NCBI GenBank assembly: GCA_964016885.1
Contig: OZ024741.1
Location: forward strand, 9,052,001-9,116,000
DNA length: 64,000 nucleotides
DNA from: Eledone cirrhosa
Taxonomy: Eukaryota
Direction of reading: 5' to 3'
The translations under genes were made by a program, and so were the position numbers. Below are positions 61,884 to 64,000 of the stretch, one piece after another (the first letter of the stretch is position 1; the number at the start of each line of letters is the position of its first letter). The notes under the pieces are model-generated. The model worked only from the letters and a program-made list of their open reading frames with translations. It did not search any database and had not been told where the DNA came from.

Positions 61884-63875
61884 TTATACTTCTCTTAGGT
61901 CAGTGTTGTTTGTTTGGGTGTTGTTGTTGTTCCACTCATTCTTTCTGTTTAGCTTTGGTCTTCTAATTTCTATTTCACAGGCCTCTCTGATTTGCCTATC
62001 TGCTGGGTCATTCCTATGTTTAGATATTATTCTAATTTCTATGTTGTCTATGTTACCGTCATGTTGTTGTCTAGCATGTTCGTATAGTACTGACCCGTTT
62101 TTTCGTCCTTTTAGTTTCCCCCAGTGTTGGTCTATCCTTTCACCTATGCTACGAGCTGTTTCGCCTATGTATGTTGTTGTCACGTTTCTGCAAGTACCCT
62201 CTGTACATCTTATGCTATAGACTACGTTTCTAGTTTTACAGTTTATCCGGGGGTTTACCTTACATATGATACATTTCCTATTGGTACAGTGGGTTTTCTT
62301 AAAGGGGTAGGTTTTGCTGATCAGGAATTTTATGGTGGTTCCTGGCTTTTCTACCACCTTAATTTTTAAGTGGGTCTTTCTCAGGGCCTTTCTACACTGG
62401 TTAGCTAATTTCCCTCCAGGGGTGGCGTCCACAAACATGACACTCTGATATCTCTGGTTGTCGTACCATGATGTGGCCTTCCCTATCTTATGTCTAGCCC
62501 TATCTAAGCTATTCCATGATTTGCTCCTGTATAATGGGCACATTCCTTTCATGTCCAGTTCTATGAGGGTCTTATACTTTTCCATGGCTCCTTCGTATAC
62601 TCTGACTCTGTCTCTTTGGTTGTAGCCAGAGAACTGCATGCGGTTGATGAAGTGTTGGATGTGTCTTTCCATTTCTGTTGGGTCGCACATGCTGGACACA
62701 TTCTTCATCACTCGTACCAAATCTGCGATCAGAATATTAAACTTAGCACTACTGGACATTGCTGAGTTTTTGAGTATCAGGTATTTAGAGGCCATGGGTT
62801 TAGCATAGTGTGAGTGGAGAATTTGGGCTCTCTCGTCTATAGTGTTAATCCAGAGTTCTGTGTCTAATACAGGTAGTCTATTGTTAGGGTGTTTGGAAGG
62901 GAAGTCGATAGTTACAGTTATACTCTGGTGTATGGAATTAGCTATCTGCTGGATGCTTTCCTTCGTGCTACGTTCTAATTCAAACTTGTTAGTGCTCTCC
63001 AGTGGGGGTGTTCTTATAACTATATTGATATCGTCTACATAACGAGAGTACATGATGAGGTCTATGGAGCTTTCATTAAGGAGATCTTTAAGTCTCCTTT
63101 CCCACCATACCATGAAAAGGTTGGCAACATCACCAGCTATGCTGACGCCGATGGCTGCTCCCTCATTTTGGGTGTAGATTTTCTCATTGAACTTAAATAT
63201 GTGGCCCTTTAGGGTAGTTTTGATACTAGCCCCTATTGCATGTGCGACCATTTTTCTTACCTGATCATTGTTTTGGAGGGTCCGTATAGCTTTGGTCCAC
63301 CCAATCCACCTTCCCATGGGAGTCTTTTTTGCCATTGAGGTTATGGTGGGGGGTCTACCTCTTATAGGTCTACTAGGGCAGAAACATCTAAGGTCATGGC
63401 TGTCTAGGTAGTCAGTGTCGTAGGTAAGTCTAAGTAGGAGGCCCAGTTCGTCTGTGTCGACGTCGCAGAACTCCACCTCAATCTCGATGATCATCTCCAC
63501 ACATCTTTTCACAGCAAAATCAATGTTAATGGATGGGTACAGTGACACCACATCCATGCTGCCTATTATGCAGTTGGATAGGCTCCTGTTTTTGTTGCAC
63601 TCACTGATTCTGCTGAGGAGGTCCTCTGTACTTTCACATACATCTGGGGACATCTTCATTATGGGGCGCATAACCATCGAGAGGAAGTAGGAGATCCTGT
63701 AGTTGCTAGCTATATTAGCTCCGCATACGGGTCTTGTTGGTGGTCCTGTTGTCGGGTCGTCGACTGTCTTGTGGTCTTTGCGGAGCCCATACAAGGGTGG
63801 TATGCCATTGTTAGACGCCTGGAAGTTGTTGGCAGTGCGTCTGCTTGGCTTTAGGATGTCAGTCCACATCATCAT
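61884..63875 (-). CDS. PLE reverse transcriptase + GIY-YIG endonuclease (663 aa open; frameshift upstream near 63942)
   Basis: Motifs LYGLRKDHK, PTRPV, SMDVVSLYPSI, QNEGAAIG, YVDD, LPVLD, CIICK..CKTRNVVY, YIGET..ER...H, REA..I..PKLN. Upstream KSG (of the DK-G motif) lies in another frame. Confidence 0.88.
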   Translation of the reverse strand: MMMWTDILKPSRRTANNFQASNNGIPPLYGLRKDHKTVDDPTTGPPTRPVCGANIASNYRISYFLSMVMRPIMKMSPDVCESTEDLLSRISECNKNRSLSNCIIGSMDVVSLYPSINIDFAVKRCVEMIIEIEVEFCDVDTDELGLLLRLTYDTDYLDSHDLRCFCPSRPIRGRPPTITSMAKKTPMGRWIGWTKAIRTLQNNDQVRKMVAHAIGASIKTTLKGHIFKFNEKIYTQNEGAAIGVSIAGDVANLFMVWWERRLKDLLNESSIDLIMYSRYVDDINIVIRTPPLESTNKFELERSTKESIQQIANSIHQSITVTIDFPSKHPNNRLPVLDTELWINTIDERAQILHSHYAKPMASKYLILKNSAMSSSAKFNILIADLVRVMKNVSSMCDPTEMERHIQHFINRMQFSGYNQRDRVRVYEGAMEKYKTLIELDMKGMCPLYRSKSWNSLDRARHKIGKATSWYDNQRYQSVMFVDATPGGKLANQCRKALRKTHLKIKVVEKPGTTIKFLISKTYPFKKTHCTNRKCIICKVNPRINCKTRNVVYSIRCTEGTCRNVTTTYIGETARSIGERIDQHWGKLKGRKNGSVLYEHARQQHDGNIDNIEIRIISKHRNDPADRQIREACEIEIRRPKLNRKNEWNNNNTQTNNTDLREV

Positions 63876-64000
63876 GTGAGCGTTGAGGATTTTTTCTCTC
63901 CCATCGTGTGTTTGTTGTGCAACTTCGCTCGTGTTGGTGATTGGGGTTGCATAGCCTCGATGTAGTTCGGCATGCTATCTATTGACATCCTACCAGACTT

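Larger units (their letters stand above)
61365..64000 (-). mobile_element. Penelope-like element (Cys-rich linker, Neptune-like; clade uncertain), extends beyond the window
   Basis: RT-GIY-YIG ORF plus 3' pLTR with an HHR-like motif, ending at (TA)n. Confidence 0.9.

Overview
Eukaryotic, repeat-dominated window with no intact host gene. The SINE-like repeats and abundant (TA)n suggest an octopus or other mollusc genome (inference from recalled repeat sequence). Positions 1-31955 are a degenerate (TTAGGG)n array with kb-scale higher-order duplications, oriented opposite to a true left-end telomere; its long GL/VR/LT/NP ORFs are artefacts. The rest is microsatellite-rich DNA holding Penelope-like retroelements (PLEs; RT + GIY-YIG, two lineages), RTE LINE fragments, SINEs and a probable Gypsy relic. 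The main finding is a set of minimal type-I hammerhead ribozymes (HHR). An apparently identical 466-bp tandem array (nine + strand copies plus an inverted arm) carries one intact HHR and one octamer motif per unit, making it a retrozyme-like candidate for a circular-RNA element. Further HHRs lie in PLE pseudo-LTRs and in a ~345-bp palindrome. Several of these elements share a divergent 'V-shaped' insertion architecture ending in (TA)n.
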